Source: Patescibacteria group bacterium (GTDB lineage: Bacteria; Patescibacteriota; Patescibacteriia; UBA2196). From it: a stretch of 64,000 bases of DNA. Each line of letters opens with the position of its first letter. Position 1 is the stretch's first letter. This document shows, piece by piece, positions 38,713 through 48,261 of this stretch. The position numbers were made by a program, and so were the translations under genes. The notes beneath the pieces are model-generated. The model searched no databases. It was not told the origin of the DNA and worked only from the letters and a program-made list of their open reading frames with translations. The stretch spans positions 366 through 64,365 of the forward strand of contig JAQTPI010000006.1 in NCBI GenBank assembly GCA_028748975.1. The letters are read 5' to 3'.

Positions 38713-38829
38713 ACATTCGTCCCCTGTTTTTTTGTCAAACAAAAAACATCACGAAAAACTCAAGATGTTTTTATTAATTTCCCGTTTCTGATTTCTAATT
38801 TCTGTTTTCTCTTTACTCTTCACTCTTCT

Positions 38830-40716
38830 CTATTCACTAATCGTCGCCTCCGTCGTCGTTGAGAGCGTCCCTTTCTCCACCCCAATCAAACACACTGCCT
38901 GCCACGGCCGGTAAAGCGAGTGCCAGTTTTCTTTTTTCTCCGTGCCATCAACCATAGTCACGATTCTTTCCAAATCCGTTTCCGCGCCATTATGCGCCGT
39001 TTCCGTGCACTTTTTTACACCCACTGCCAAATCTTCCGTTTCCACATATTTAGTCGGCCCCGGCGCCGTGATATTATAGATCGTTGTTTTTTTCACTTCC
39101 ACCTGGCGGCCGTCGCTTGTTCCCCAAAATTCAAAGGTTATTTCATTGCCTTCAATTCTTGTTTGTAATAATAAATTACTGCCAGTGTCATTTTTAAATC
39201 TCAAATCCGGATGCGGACTATAAATTGTCGCGTCCATGCCGGCCGGTTCATAGTAAACCACGCGGTAAGCATGCGGATATCTTTCCAAAATTGGCAGTCC
39301 CGCGTCCAAGGCTACCCGAAACATGGTGGTGGCAATTTGGCACAGTCCGCCGCCAAATTCCGGCACCGTTTTATTGCCCTTGATCACCAATTCCGGCAAA
39401 TAACCGGTGGCGCCGCTAATTTCTCCCAAAGCCGTATTTAAAGAAAATTCTTCAGCCGGCGCGATAATCAAACCATTTAGGGACGCGGCACCGGTCTTAA
39501 TATTATGAATTCTGTTTTTGGGTGAACCGCTAAAATTTGACTGGCCCACCCCCACGATTTCTTTGATGCCCAAATCATTAACATCGCCGGTTAAATTTTT
39601 CACTGGAATTTCTTTGGTGTAAATCACTGAACGCGGCTTTGGCAAATTCAATAAATTAAATTCCCATTGCGCCAAAGTTTTTTCCAAATCAATCTCAATC
39701 CCCGCTTGGGATGCCTGAAATTCCACCACTCGTCCGTTTTGCATCATAATTTTTGGTTCCCGCGCCTCCACCTCAATTTCCGCGGTTAGTGGCTTTAAAA
39801 TTTCCCAAAAAACCGCGTTATCAAAACCCAGGTATGGTTTTTGTTGTTTTTCATCCCATTTCAAAACCAATCCTTTTTTAACATCTTCTTTTAATATCGG
39901 CCATTCTTTTGCCAAGGGCTGGCGCAACCAACTGCGAGTGATGGTGGCCGTCAGAAAAAAACTTTCTTTGTTTAAAACCGATTCCATTAAAGGTATTAGT
40001 TGTTCTCCGGCTGCCAAAGAAATTTTCGGCTCCACTTGAATTTTTTTAAGTTCAATCGCTACCAGATTACCCATTCTTAATTGTTTTTTAAATTGCTTTA
40101 TGGCGCTCTCATAATCCAATTCTTCGCCTGCCTGTCCCGCCACAATTTCTGGCTGGTTGTTTTGATAACTAATATTTGTCTCGCGCGCGCCGGACACCAA
40201 ATCGCCAAAATTTGTTTTCAGGGCTTTTTTTAATTCTTCTTCCGCTACCTGATTTATCCAAATAAAATTAACTCGCGAAAAAATAGTCCGCAATCGCTCC
40301 CAAAAATTTGCCAAAAAAAATCCCTGCCGGCCAAAGTGGAAAGCTTGGTTCAAAATATCTTCGGTTTCCACGTTGTAAATTTTATATGATAAATCCGGGT
40401 CGCTGGTGGAAACTGAAATCGGCAGCACCGCCACTTTTCTTTCGCCATAAATAAAAGTAACCCCCTCCTGTTCCAGCTTGCCAACTTTTTCCGTTACCAT
40501 TTGACCGGCCTTGTCATAACTTAAGCCGCCCACATTCACTCCGCCAATGCTGATATTGGGAAAAAACCGGCCGACATAAATTTGTTCCAAAGCCAAAGTC
40601 GTCCCTGCTCCCAGAATCAACAAAATTAAAAAAACGGTCAGCGTCGCCACCAACCAGGAAGGAATTCGGTATTTTTCCTTTTTTTCTTTCAAAAATTCTT
40701 TGGTTTTTTCTATCAT
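38830..40716 (-). CDS. VanW-family protein with N-terminal TM anchor
   Basis: TM helix near the N-terminus. C-terminal VanW-like region with GGGLCQIATTMFRVALDAGLPILERYPH. 628 aa. Confidence 0.65.
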   Translation of the reverse strand: MIEKTKEFLKEKKEKYRIPSWLVATLTVFLILLILGAGTTLALEQIYVGRFFPNISIGGVNVGGLSYDKAGQMVTEKVGKLEQEGVTFIYGERKVAVLPISVSTSDPDLSYKIYNVETEDILNQAFHFGRQGFFLANFWERLRTIFSRVNFIWINQVAEEELKKALKTNFGDLVSGARETNISYQNNQPEIVAGQAGEELDYESAIKQFKKQLRMGNLVAIELKKIQVEPKISLAAGEQLIPLMESVLNKESFFLTATITRSWLRQPLAKEWPILKEDVKKGLVLKWDEKQQKPYLGFDNAVFWEILKPLTAEIEVEAREPKIMMQNGRVVEFQASQAGIEIDLEKTLAQWEFNLLNLPKPRSVIYTKEIPVKNLTGDVNDLGIKEIVGVGQSNFSGSPKNRIHNIKTGAASLNGLIIAPAEEFSLNTALGEISGATGYLPELVIKGNKTVPEFGGGLCQIATTMFRVALDAGLPILERYPHAYRVVYYEPAGMDATIYSPHPDLRFKNDTGSNLLLQTRIEGNEITFEFWGTSDGRQVEVKKTTIYNITAPGPTKYVETEDLAVGVKKCTETAHNGAETDLERIVTMVDGTEKKENWHSLYRPWQAVCLIGVEKGTLSTTTEATISE

Positions 40717-40730
40717 ATTATTCTTTTTGT

Positions 40731-40983
40731 GTCATCCTGAGCGAAGGTCCGATGGACATCGGACCGGAGTCGAAGGATCTCGTTGTTTTATAAAAAAATA
40801 TAAGGATATAGAGATATAAAGATATAAGCGACCAGCCTGTTATATCCTTATTTCCTTATATCTTTATTATTTATCGCTTTGGCCACGGGATTCCCTGCCT
40901 CGCCTGACGCTCGCCTCGATTCGGCGAAGCGGGCGAGTCAAGGCGGGCTTCCTCTCCCGAGTACTCGGGATCGTCAGGATGAC
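40731..40983. mobile_element. complete MITE-like element (~253 bp) with terminal inverted repeats GTCATCCTGAG / CGTCAGGATGAC
   Basis: The two ends are reverse complements. The interior carries the ATATAAGGATATA palindromic sub-repeat and a GCGAAGCGGGCGAG sub-repeat seen elsewhere. Confidence 0.6.
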
Positions 40984-40998
40984 AACTACTTAAAAAGT

Positions 40999-41220
40999 TT
41001 ATTTCTCCAAAATCTCATTTATCAATTCTTTGGCCAACTTTCTTCTTTCCTCCTCTGCCGTAGCTTCATTAGAAACTGTTAGACGCAAAACCGCACCTTC
41101 TTTCACTTCTGCCGGCAAATTTTTTATCGGCCAAATAATTTCTTTGCCATCATCAAAAACCAGCACCGCACTCGTGCCCTCAAACCGGTCAATCGTGACT
41201 TGGCGTTCATAATTTTCCAT
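40999..41220 (-). CDS. small hypothetical protein (73 aa, DUF3006-like)
   Basis: Intact ORF. Weak recollection of the DUF3006 family. Confidence 0.4.
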   Translation of the reverse strand: MENYERQVTIDRFEGTSAVLVFDDGKEIIWPIKNLPAEVKEGAVLRLTVSNEATAEEERRKLAKELINEILEK

Positions 41221-41452
41221 AATAAAACTTATAATACTTAGTAACTTGCGATTGCTGCGATTTCGTCGTGCGAGCTTAGCGGAGCGTTAGTTAGAAAATC
41301 GAGGCGAAAGCGCCGTTAAGAAATCAATGGGGACGAACCGCAGGTGAGTCGGGACCCATTGATTTTAGGCGCTAAGCCTGATTTTCTCTAACGCGCAGCT
41401 CGCTCGCCAGTTTCTTTCAGCCACTTTCTTTGTCCAAAGAAAGTGGCATAAA

Positions 41453-41950
41453 TTACTCTCCCTTCACCTTCACCGCGATTGACTTCGCTTTCTGCGCTTT
41501 GGGTAAAATCAAAGTTAAGACGCCATTTTTCAAAATTGCCTGCGCTTCTTCCGCTTTCACTTCCACCGGTAAAACCACCGAGCGGGAAAAATCGCCCCAA
41601 TAACATTCTTGGTAAAAATAATCTTCTTCTTTAATTTCCTCTTCCAAGTGGCGCGACCCACGGACGGTCACCATGTCATTATCAATAGCAATATCAATAT
41701 CTTCCGGTTTCACGCCGGCAATGGTTGATTTGATGATGATATTGTCTGGCGTCTGAAAAACATCCACCGAGAGCTGGCCGTCCGCTCCGCTCCTGTCCAG
41801 CCATTCGCTGTCGCGCAGCCGCGCCGCCGTGGCTTCCGCCAATGGCTCCATTGGCGCCGCCGGTTCATTAATTATCGCTTCCATTTCCAGCGGTTTTTCC
41901 GGCAAATCATAACTTTCATCGTTTTTTATAACCTTGGTAAAAAATGCCAT
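41453..41950 (-). CDS. Hsp20/alpha-crystallin family small heat-shock protein
   Basis: ACD core DVFQTPDNIIIKSTIAGVKPEDIDIAIDNDMVTVRG...GVLTLILPK. Start trimmed to 41950, because the upstream extension lies in a repeat element. Confidence 0.75.
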   Translation of the reverse strand: MAFFTKVIKNDESYDLPEKPLEMEAIINEPAAPMEPLAEATAARLRDSEWLDRSGADGQLSVDVFQTPDNIIIKSTIAGVKPEDIDIAIDNDMVTVRGSRHLEEEIKEEDYFYQECYWGDFSRSVVLPVEVKAEEAQAILKNGVLTLILPKAQKAKSIAVKVKGE

Positions 41951-42111
41951 AAAAAAATATGGTGTCATTCTGACCCCGCCAATGCGGGGAGAGAATCTCT
42001 TTGTTTCTGTCTTATCCAGAAACAATTAATTTATAACTTTATTATACACCACTATTTGACAAAAATCCAAAAAAGGACTAAGCTTTTTCTATCATAATTC
42101 ACTCTAACCTG

Positions 42112-44433
42112 GTGGCCCTGTTTTTAAGCGCCGCCAATCAAAAACCTATGTCTACTCGACTCAAAGTCTTTTCTTTTGTTTTTTTAGCCGTGCTCGCTTC
42201 TTCTCTGGCTTTTCTGATTAAATCCGCCCGCACTGCCGACGCCAATTTAAGTTTTGTTGTCATCCCCGACGCTCAAAGCGAATCACGGGAAGTGATTGAC
42301 GCCATCTGCCAATGGGTTGTTGACAATAAAACCGACCAAAATATTCAAGCCGTGATTGGTCTTGGTGATTTAACCAATTATGCCACCGATGCTGAATTCC
42401 AAAGAGTCACCCCTTGCTTTGACCGTCTTAATGCCGCTGATATTATTAACGTGCCCATCATGGGCAACCATGATTATGATAATTACGCGCCGCAAAATCG
42501 CGTGGCCGCCAAATTTGATCAATATTTCGGTCCCGCGCGTTTTGCCAATAAAACCTGGTATGGCGGCAATTACAATGGCAGCAACGCCAACTATTATGTA
42601 AAATTCACTTTTGGTTCCCGCAAATTTCTCATTCTGGCCTTGGAATTTTTTCCGCGTCCGGCCGTAGTTAATTGGGCTTCCGCTGTTTTGGATCAAAATT
42701 GGGATTCGGAAGTTATTGTCACTACCCATGGTTATTTGAATCCAAACAAAACCAGAATTACAGATGGCGATACCACTGGTCCTACTTTTTACAGCCTGCC
42801 GGCCGCTGACAACAGCGGCGAGGATTTATGGCTTAATCTCTTAAAAAAGAAAGGCAATATTAAATTGGTTGTTTCCGGCCACCAGCTTGATGGCACCACT
42901 GCTTTTCGCTCTGACACCGGTGAAAAAGGCAACACCGTTAATCAGCTTTTCAATAATTTTCAATTAATGACTGATGGTAATGGCTGGCTGGGCGTGATTA
43001 AACTTGATTCTGTGACTGGCAAAGCCAGTGTTAAATATGTTAAAGCCTATCCACCAACTTATAATTTAAATTGGTCAGCTGGTACTGTCGCGCCAGCTAA
43101 CAAAGCGCCGGCGGTTAATGCTGGTTTAGATCAAAATATTATTTTGCCAGCCACTGTCAGTCTTTCTGGCACAGCCACTGATGATGGTTTGCCCGCTGGT
43201 TCTTCTTTAACTATTTCTTGGAGTAAAGTCTCCGGTCCCGGTGGAGTAACTTTCTCCAATTCTGGGGCCGTTGTTACTACCGCCTCTTTCAGCGCCGCTG
43301 GCCAATATCTTTTGCGCCTGACCGCCTCCGATGGTTCTTTGTCCGCCAGTGATGATATTATAATTTCAGTCAATTCTACCATCAGTACTTGGTATGATAC
43401 CGCTTGGCCTTATCGCAAAATTATTACTATTAATCGCGCTAAAGTCGCGGGTAATCTTGCCTCTTTCCCAGTGCTTGTTTCCATCACCGACGCGGATTTA
43501 AAGTCAACTGACAACGGCGGCAAAGTTGGGAATATTAATGGTTTTGATTTTGTCTTCACCAACTCTGCCAACACTAAATTGGCGCATGAAATTGAAAAAT
43601 ATGACCCGGCTACTGGCCAGCTTTTGGTTTGGGTGAATGTTCCGCAAATTTCCAACGCCTCCGACACTCGCCTCAATTTATATTTCGGTAATGCCACCGC
43701 CGCCAACCAACAAAATAAAACTAGTGTTTGGGACAGTCATTTCATGGCGGTCTGGCACCTGAATGAAAAATCCGGCAATCAGCTTGATGCCACTTCTCAA
43801 AATTATAACTCTACTGTTTTGGCACTCTCTGGCCAGGGCACAGCTGTTGGCAAAATCAATGACGCTGATTATTTTGCCAGCGCCACTGATTATATTTCTT
43901 TTCCTGCCACTGCCACGAATTTGAAAAAACAATTTTCTCAAATCAGTGTCAGCGCCTGGGTTTCACCAGCTTCCTATGGCGCCGGCTATTGGGGCCCCAC
44001 CATCATCTCCAACACTGACGGCGATGGCTGGGCCATGAGAATTAATGATGGCTATCTGGAGCCTGATTTCCGTCTCTCCAATGGCAATATTATGTTAAAA
44101 ATGGGTCCGCAATTGCCTTTGAACGCCTGGAGTTATGTCAATCTTGTTTATGATGGCGCCAAAATAACCGGTTATGTTAATGGTGTTTCTGTTGGTTCAA
44201 CCATCGCCACTGGCACTATGAAAAATTCAGCCAACAGTAACACTTGCACTTTCCTTGGCAATGATCCCCTGTATTGTACGGTTACCGTGAATGAATTTAA
44301 TTTTAATGGCAATTTGGATGAAGTTCGCGTTTCCGATTCCGCCCGCTCGGCCGCCTGGATCGCCACTGAATACGCCAACCAATCAAACCCGGCCGCCTTC
44401 CTCACCGCCGGCGCCACGGAAAGCAAGCCATAA
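42112..44433 (+). CDS. secreted multidomain protein: calcineurin-like metallophosphoesterase + PKD/Ig-like + DUF2341/LamG-like (concanavalin-type) domains
   Basis: Signal peptide (alternative start at ATG 42148). Motifs GLGDLTNY and GNHDYDNY. The C-terminal LDEVRVSDSARSAAWIATEY is typical of LamG_3 jelly-roll domains. 773 aa. Confidence 0.65.
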   Translation: MALFLSAANQKPMSTRLKVFSFVFLAVLASSLAFLIKSARTADANLSFVVIPDAQSESREVIDAICQWVVDNKTDQNIQAVIGLGDLTNYATDAEFQRVTPCFDRLNAADIINVPIMGNHDYDNYAPQNRVAAKFDQYFGPARFANKTWYGGNYNGSNANYYVKFTFGSRKFLILALEFFPRPAVVNWASAVLDQNWDSEVIVTTHGYLNPNKTRITDGDTTGPTFYSLPAADNSGEDLWLNLLKKKGNIKLVVSGHQLDGTTAFRSDTGEKGNTVNQLFNNFQLMTDGNGWLGVIKLDSVTGKASVKYVKAYPPTYNLNWSAGTVAPANKAPAVNAGLDQNIILPATVSLSGTATDDGLPAGSSLTISWSKVSGPGGVTFSNSGAVVTTASFSAAGQYLLRLTASDGSLSASDDIIISVNSTISTWYDTAWPYRKIITINRAKVAGNLASFPVLVSITDADLKSTDNGGKVGNINGFDFVFTNSANTKLAHEIEKYDPATGQLLVWVNVPQISNASDTRLNLYFGNATAANQQNKTSVWDSHFMAVWHLNEKSGNQLDATSQNYNSTVLALSGQGTAVGKINDADYFASATDYISFPATATNLKKQFSQISVSAWVSPASYGAGYWGPTIISNTDGDGWAMRINDGYLEPDFRLSNGNIMLKMGPQLPLNAWSYVNLVYDGAKITGYVNGVSVGSTIATGTMKNSANSNTCTFLGNDPLYCTVTVNEFNFNGNLDEVRVSDSARSAAWIATEYANQSNPAAFLTAGATESKP

Positions 44434-44499
44434 ATTTTTCTGAATCAAAAAACTAAACAAAAAACACCTGATTTAATTCTGGTGTTTTTTGGTACCGCT

Positions 44500-44574
44500 A
44501 CGGGGAATCGGACCCCGATTACCAGGATGAAAACCTGGCGTCCTAACCGTTAGACGATAGCGGCATATCTTTAG
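44500..44574 (-). tRNA. tRNA-Glu (anticodon UUC), CCA encoded
   Basis: Reverse-complement folds as a cloverleaf: acceptor GCCGCUA/UAGCGGU, D-arm GUCUAACGGUUAGGAC, anticodon arm CCAGG-UUUUCAU-CCUGG, T-arm CGGGG-UCCGAUU-CCCCG, discriminator A, CCA. Unusual C at position 55. Confidence 0.8.
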
Positions 44575-44851
44575 TTCTTAAAAAATTATAGCGTATTTTT
44601 TCTTTTTTGTCAAAAATCAAAATTACTACCGCATTTTATCGTTTATTAATTTATAAAATTTGACTTGACGGGTAATTCTAGTTGCGCTATGCTTTTATTT
44701 GACGAGTTAGCCCTCATCAGGGACAAAAATAATTCGTAATTTCTCTTTTTAAAATCAATTTGAAAAGGAGGTGAAAAAACGTCAATTTTAGGCTGGTACA
44801 AAAAACATCAGTCATCGTACCCAAGTACCCCAAAACCAAAGGAGGTTCCAG

Positions 44852-45994
44852 GTGAACCTGAGGTTTCGCGGCCGTCCGCCAATTCTCATCGCGGACTCCG
44901 TAAAAAGCGTTGTCGGTCTTACCGATCCGTATGCCAAAGAAATCATGGATCGAATGTCTCCAGTCGAAAACTTTGTTTTTCCGATTCTCAGCCAATCGGT
45001 TTTTGACTGGACCGGCAGAAATCCGCGTCCGGCTTTGGATGCCGACGGCGATTTCCAGTGTACTGATCTCGACCTTTTTTCGTTTTTGATGCCCCTGGCT
45101 GACCGCGGAGCCATTATCGAAATTCCACGTTACCGCAACCGCCGCCAGGTGGTCGTAAAAGAAAGTGAGCGAAAAATCGGCAGCAACAATTTCGGGCCGC
45201 TGCACAGCCTGGTTTCCAATCAAGAGGCCTTTTCTTTTTCAGTAAAAATCATCGATCAGACCATCATGAAAACCAATCCCGAAACCGGCAAGGAAACGCT
45301 GGGCGAACCCCGAAATTACATGATCGTGGATGTCGACGGCCACTGGTATTACGGTTGGGACTGCATCAGGTGGAATCCGACGGCGCCGGAAAACCGCTTC
45401 CTGACCGAAAAGGGATTATGGACCGGTAACTCCGTCTATTTCCAGTTCTATGTCCACCCCAACCGGTGGCGAAGCATTTTCGGCGCTCCCTATCTCTTGC
45501 TGAAGATGCTGTCAAGTCGTCTGACTGAAGAAGGCGCTTTCTACCGAAACGAAGTGAAACGCCTTGAAGATTTGGGTTTTCGGTTGCCACCTGGCGAAAA
45601 AAAGGAATATGAACCGTCAATCAGTGAAAGCACAACCAGGCCTATTACTGTTTCCACTATGGAAACGATTCTGGACCTGCCGCCTTTCAACGGTTCGTAT
45701 CCAAGAGCGATCAATACCCGAAATGGTCTGCTCGCGGCTTACCACCGGCAAAAATACCTGACCTATGTCTTAAAACCATTGGTTCAATTTGCTCTCCGGG
45801 CCGACGAAGCGGCTTATTTCCAGTATGGAGCGCGCGACATGAAAATCGCTCCCTGGCTGGATAGCCGCGCCTGGAAAACCGGCTGGCGTCCGCCCAAAGG
45901 CCGAGTCGACTGGAACTTGTTGGTGCTGAGTAACGACGTCGGCCTGCGTTGGCGCCTCAAAGACATCACCCAGCAAGTTTACGTCACCGAGTAA
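44852..45994 (+). CDS. hypothetical protein (380 aa), GC-rich (~55%), likely foreign origin
   Basis: RBS AAAGGAGG then GTG. Long intact ORF with an overlapping antisense ORF typical of high-GC DNA. Immediately adjacent to tRNA-Glu. Confidence 0.5.
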   Translation: MNLRFRGRPPILIADSVKSVVGLTDPYAKEIMDRMSPVENFVFPILSQSVFDWTGRNPRPALDADGDFQCTDLDLFSFLMPLADRGAIIEIPRYRNRRQVVVKESERKIGSNNFGPLHSLVSNQEAFSFSVKIIDQTIMKTNPETGKETLGEPRNYMIVDVDGHWYYGWDCIRWNPTAPENRFLTEKGLWTGNSVYFQFYVHPNRWRSIFGAPYLLLKMLSSRLTEEGAFYRNEVKRLEDLGFRLPPGEKKEYEPSISESTTRPITVSTMETILDLPPFNGSYPRAINTRNGLLAAYHRQKYLTYVLKPLVQFALRADEAAYFQYGARDMKIAPWLDSRAWKTGWRPPKGRVDWNLLVLSNDVGLRWRLKDITQQVYVTE

Positions 45995-46107
45995 TCTTTA
46001 CACCTTACAATCATTTCTTTAAATCCCCTGGTTCAAAAAAATCAGGGGATTTTTATTTTTATCAAAAAATAATAAACCCGGCATTGCTGTCGGGTTTGCT
46101 TGAATAA

Positions 46108-46878
46108 TTAATACAATTTTTGATTATACGCCCTAAGGATTAACCGGCCGTCTTTGCCCTGGTTGGGATCACCATCATAAATTGTCACGCCGCAATTGAT
46201 TGGCTTTTCATGTTCATCAAGATAAATAAATTGTTTTGGGCTTAATCTTTCTAGATTGGCTTTTTCAGACAATTTTGTTATGTGATGAATTATAGCCCAA
46301 ACAGTTTTATTGAAAAATTCTCTAATCAAAGTGGTGTTCCATGACCTAACTCGCTCTCTCACGTCACATTTATTTTCACCTTGTGGAAAACGATAATAAT
46401 AAGGGCCTAAAAGTTCATAAAGTCTGCGCTGGTCAGGATAAAAAGTTTGAAAAATTTTCCAATCATTAAAAAGTAATACCTTGCCATGATCTTGTTCTCT
46501 AATTCGTTCTTCTTCCACGATTTTAACTTTGGCCAATTCCGGCCAACCTATTATCATATTTTTAAGGGTTTGTTTGGTTCTTGGATATGGTGAAACAAAA
46601 ATTACATCGGGCAAGAGAACTTTATTTTTTAAAGCCGCGCCGATTATCTGGGCCTGTTTTTTGCCCTCGGCAGTTAATGCCGTTGTTTCATCATTCATAG
46701 TGCCAGGAAAAGATTTTAAAACTAGGTGGGCCAATGTTTTTGTTAAAATACTGGTATAATTTTTATTCCAGGCCCAAACAAAAGTTTGGTAAAGTTGGCT
46801 TTCTTGTTTTAATTTCTTTGCTTCATTATAAGTCGATTCCCCATGCCGAATAAGTAAAAGTTGTTTTGGCCACTTCAT
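46108..46878 (-). CDS. histidine phosphatase superfamily protein (phosphoglycerate mutase-like)
   Basis: LLLIRHGESTYN (RHG motif) at the N-terminus and downstream His (IIHHI). 256 aa. Confidence 0.75.
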   Translation of the reverse strand: MKWPKQLLLIRHGESTYNEAKKLKQESQLYQTFVWAWNKNYTSILTKTLAHLVLKSFPGTMNDETTALTAEGKKQAQIIGAALKNKVLLPDVIFVSPYPRTKQTLKNMIIGWPELAKVKIVEEERIREQDHGKVLLFNDWKIFQTFYPDQRRLYELLGPYYYRFPQGENKCDVRERVRSWNTTLIREFFNKTVWAIIHHITKLSEKANLERLSPKQFIYLDEHEKPINCGVTIYDGDPNQGKDGRLILRAYNQKLY

Positions 46879-47088
46879 TCTTCCTCCTTTTTTATTTAGT
46901 TTAAAAGAACCTACACTTAACTTAGCTTATTTTTCTTTTTTTGTCAAAACTATAAATTATTGCTACTATTATTTTATTAATCATTCGCAAAATTCGCCCG
47001 CCTCGACTCGCGTCAGATGCTCGCCTCGATTTAGCGAAGCGGGCAAGTCGACGCGAGGCGGGCCTATGATTCGCAAAATTCGCAATAT

Positions 47089-48120
47089 ATGAAAATTTTA
47101 GCTATTGAAACCTCCTGTGATGAAACTTCTGCCGCCGTGCTCAATCTTGAGCGCGGCCAGTTTAATTTGCTAAGTAATATTGTTTCCTCTCAAGTTAAAA
47201 TTCACGCTAAATTCGGCGGCGTGGTGCCGGAAGTGGCGGCACGGATGCAAATGGAAATGATTCTGCCGGTGATTGATGAATCCTTAATCGCTGCTAATAT
47301 AAAATTAAAAAATATTGATTATTTAGCTGTCACTTATGGTCCGGGTTTAATTACTTCTCTCACTGTTGGTGTGGAAACTGCCAAATCTTTGGCCTTTGCC
47401 CTAAAAAAAACACTCATCCCCACCAACCATCTGGCTGGCCATCTCTTAGCAAATTTTCTACCCAACAAAAAAATTACTGACATAAAATTTCCAGCACTTG
47501 GTCTGATTGTTTCCGGCGGACACACTCTTTTGGTTTTAATGAAAAACGAATCCAATTATAAAATTATTGGTGAAACCCTGGATGATGCCGTGGGCGAGGC
47601 CTTTGATAAAGTCGCCAAAATTTTAAATCTTGGCTATCCCGGCGGCCCCATTATTTCCAAACTAGCCAATAATGGCAATTCCGTCGCTTTTAATTTTCCG
47701 CGCCCGATGCTGAACTCTGGCGATCTTAATTTTTCTTTTTCTGGTCTGAAAACAGCCGTGTTCTACACATTAAAACATAAAAACATTAAAACATTAAAAC
47801 AAAAAGAAATAAACGACGTTTGTGCTTCATTTCAGGTGGCATGCGTCGATGTTTTAACTATTAAAACATTACGAGCGCTCCAAATTCATCAACCAAATTC
47901 ATTTCTCTTGGGCGGCGGTGTAGCTGCCAATCCCACCTTGCGCCAGCGCCTTCAAGAACAAATTAATAAAAATTTTCCTAAAATCAAAATTTTCATTCCC
48001 GAACTGCGTTTTACCGGCGATAACGCGGGAATGATCGCCGCCGCAGGATATTTTCAAGTTAAAAAAAGTAAATTCGCTAATTTCAAAAAACTGAAAGCCA
48101 ACCCAAATTTATCACTTTAA
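47089..48120 (+). CDS. tsaD: tRNA N6-adenosine threonylcarbamoyltransferase TsaD (Kae1/YgjD)
   Basis: MKILAIETSCDETSAAV, HLAGH metal-binding and GGGVAAN motifs. 343 aa. Confidence 0.9.
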   Translation: MKILAIETSCDETSAAVLNLERGQFNLLSNIVSSQVKIHAKFGGVVPEVAARMQMEMILPVIDESLIAANIKLKNIDYLAVTYGPGLITSLTVGVETAKSLAFALKKTLIPTNHLAGHLLANFLPNKKITDIKFPALGLIVSGGHTLLVLMKNESNYKIIGETLDDAVGEAFDKVAKILNLGYPGGPIISKLANNGNSVAFNFPRPMLNSGDLNFSFSGLKTAVFYTLKHKNIKTLKQKEINDVCASFQVACVDVLTIKTLRALQIHQPNSFLLGGGVAANPTLRQRLQEQINKNFPKIKIFIPELRFTGDNAGMIAAAGYFQVKKSKFANFKKLKANPNLSL

Positions 48121-48250
48121 TAAATTACAAATCACAAGCACCAAAATACAAACAAATCTCAAATATCAATAACCAAATTACAAACGCGACGGTTTAGGAT
48201 TTGAGATTTGGTGCTTGGAATTTGTTTGTTATTTGGAATTTGGTGCTTGG
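48110..48250. repeat. large hairpin element, copy 2 (between tsaD and tsaE)
   Basis: Left arm ATTACAAATCACAAGCACCAAAATACAAACAAATCTCAAATATCAA. Right arm is its imperfect reverse complement. Confidence 0.55.
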
Positions 48251-48261
48251 TGCTTAAAAAT

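Noticed and set aside
44717-45223. 168-aa minus-strand ORF overlapping the start of the GC-rich 44852-45994 gene
   Set aside because: Long antisense ORFs are expected in high-GC DNA. The plus-strand ORF has an RBS and is far longer.
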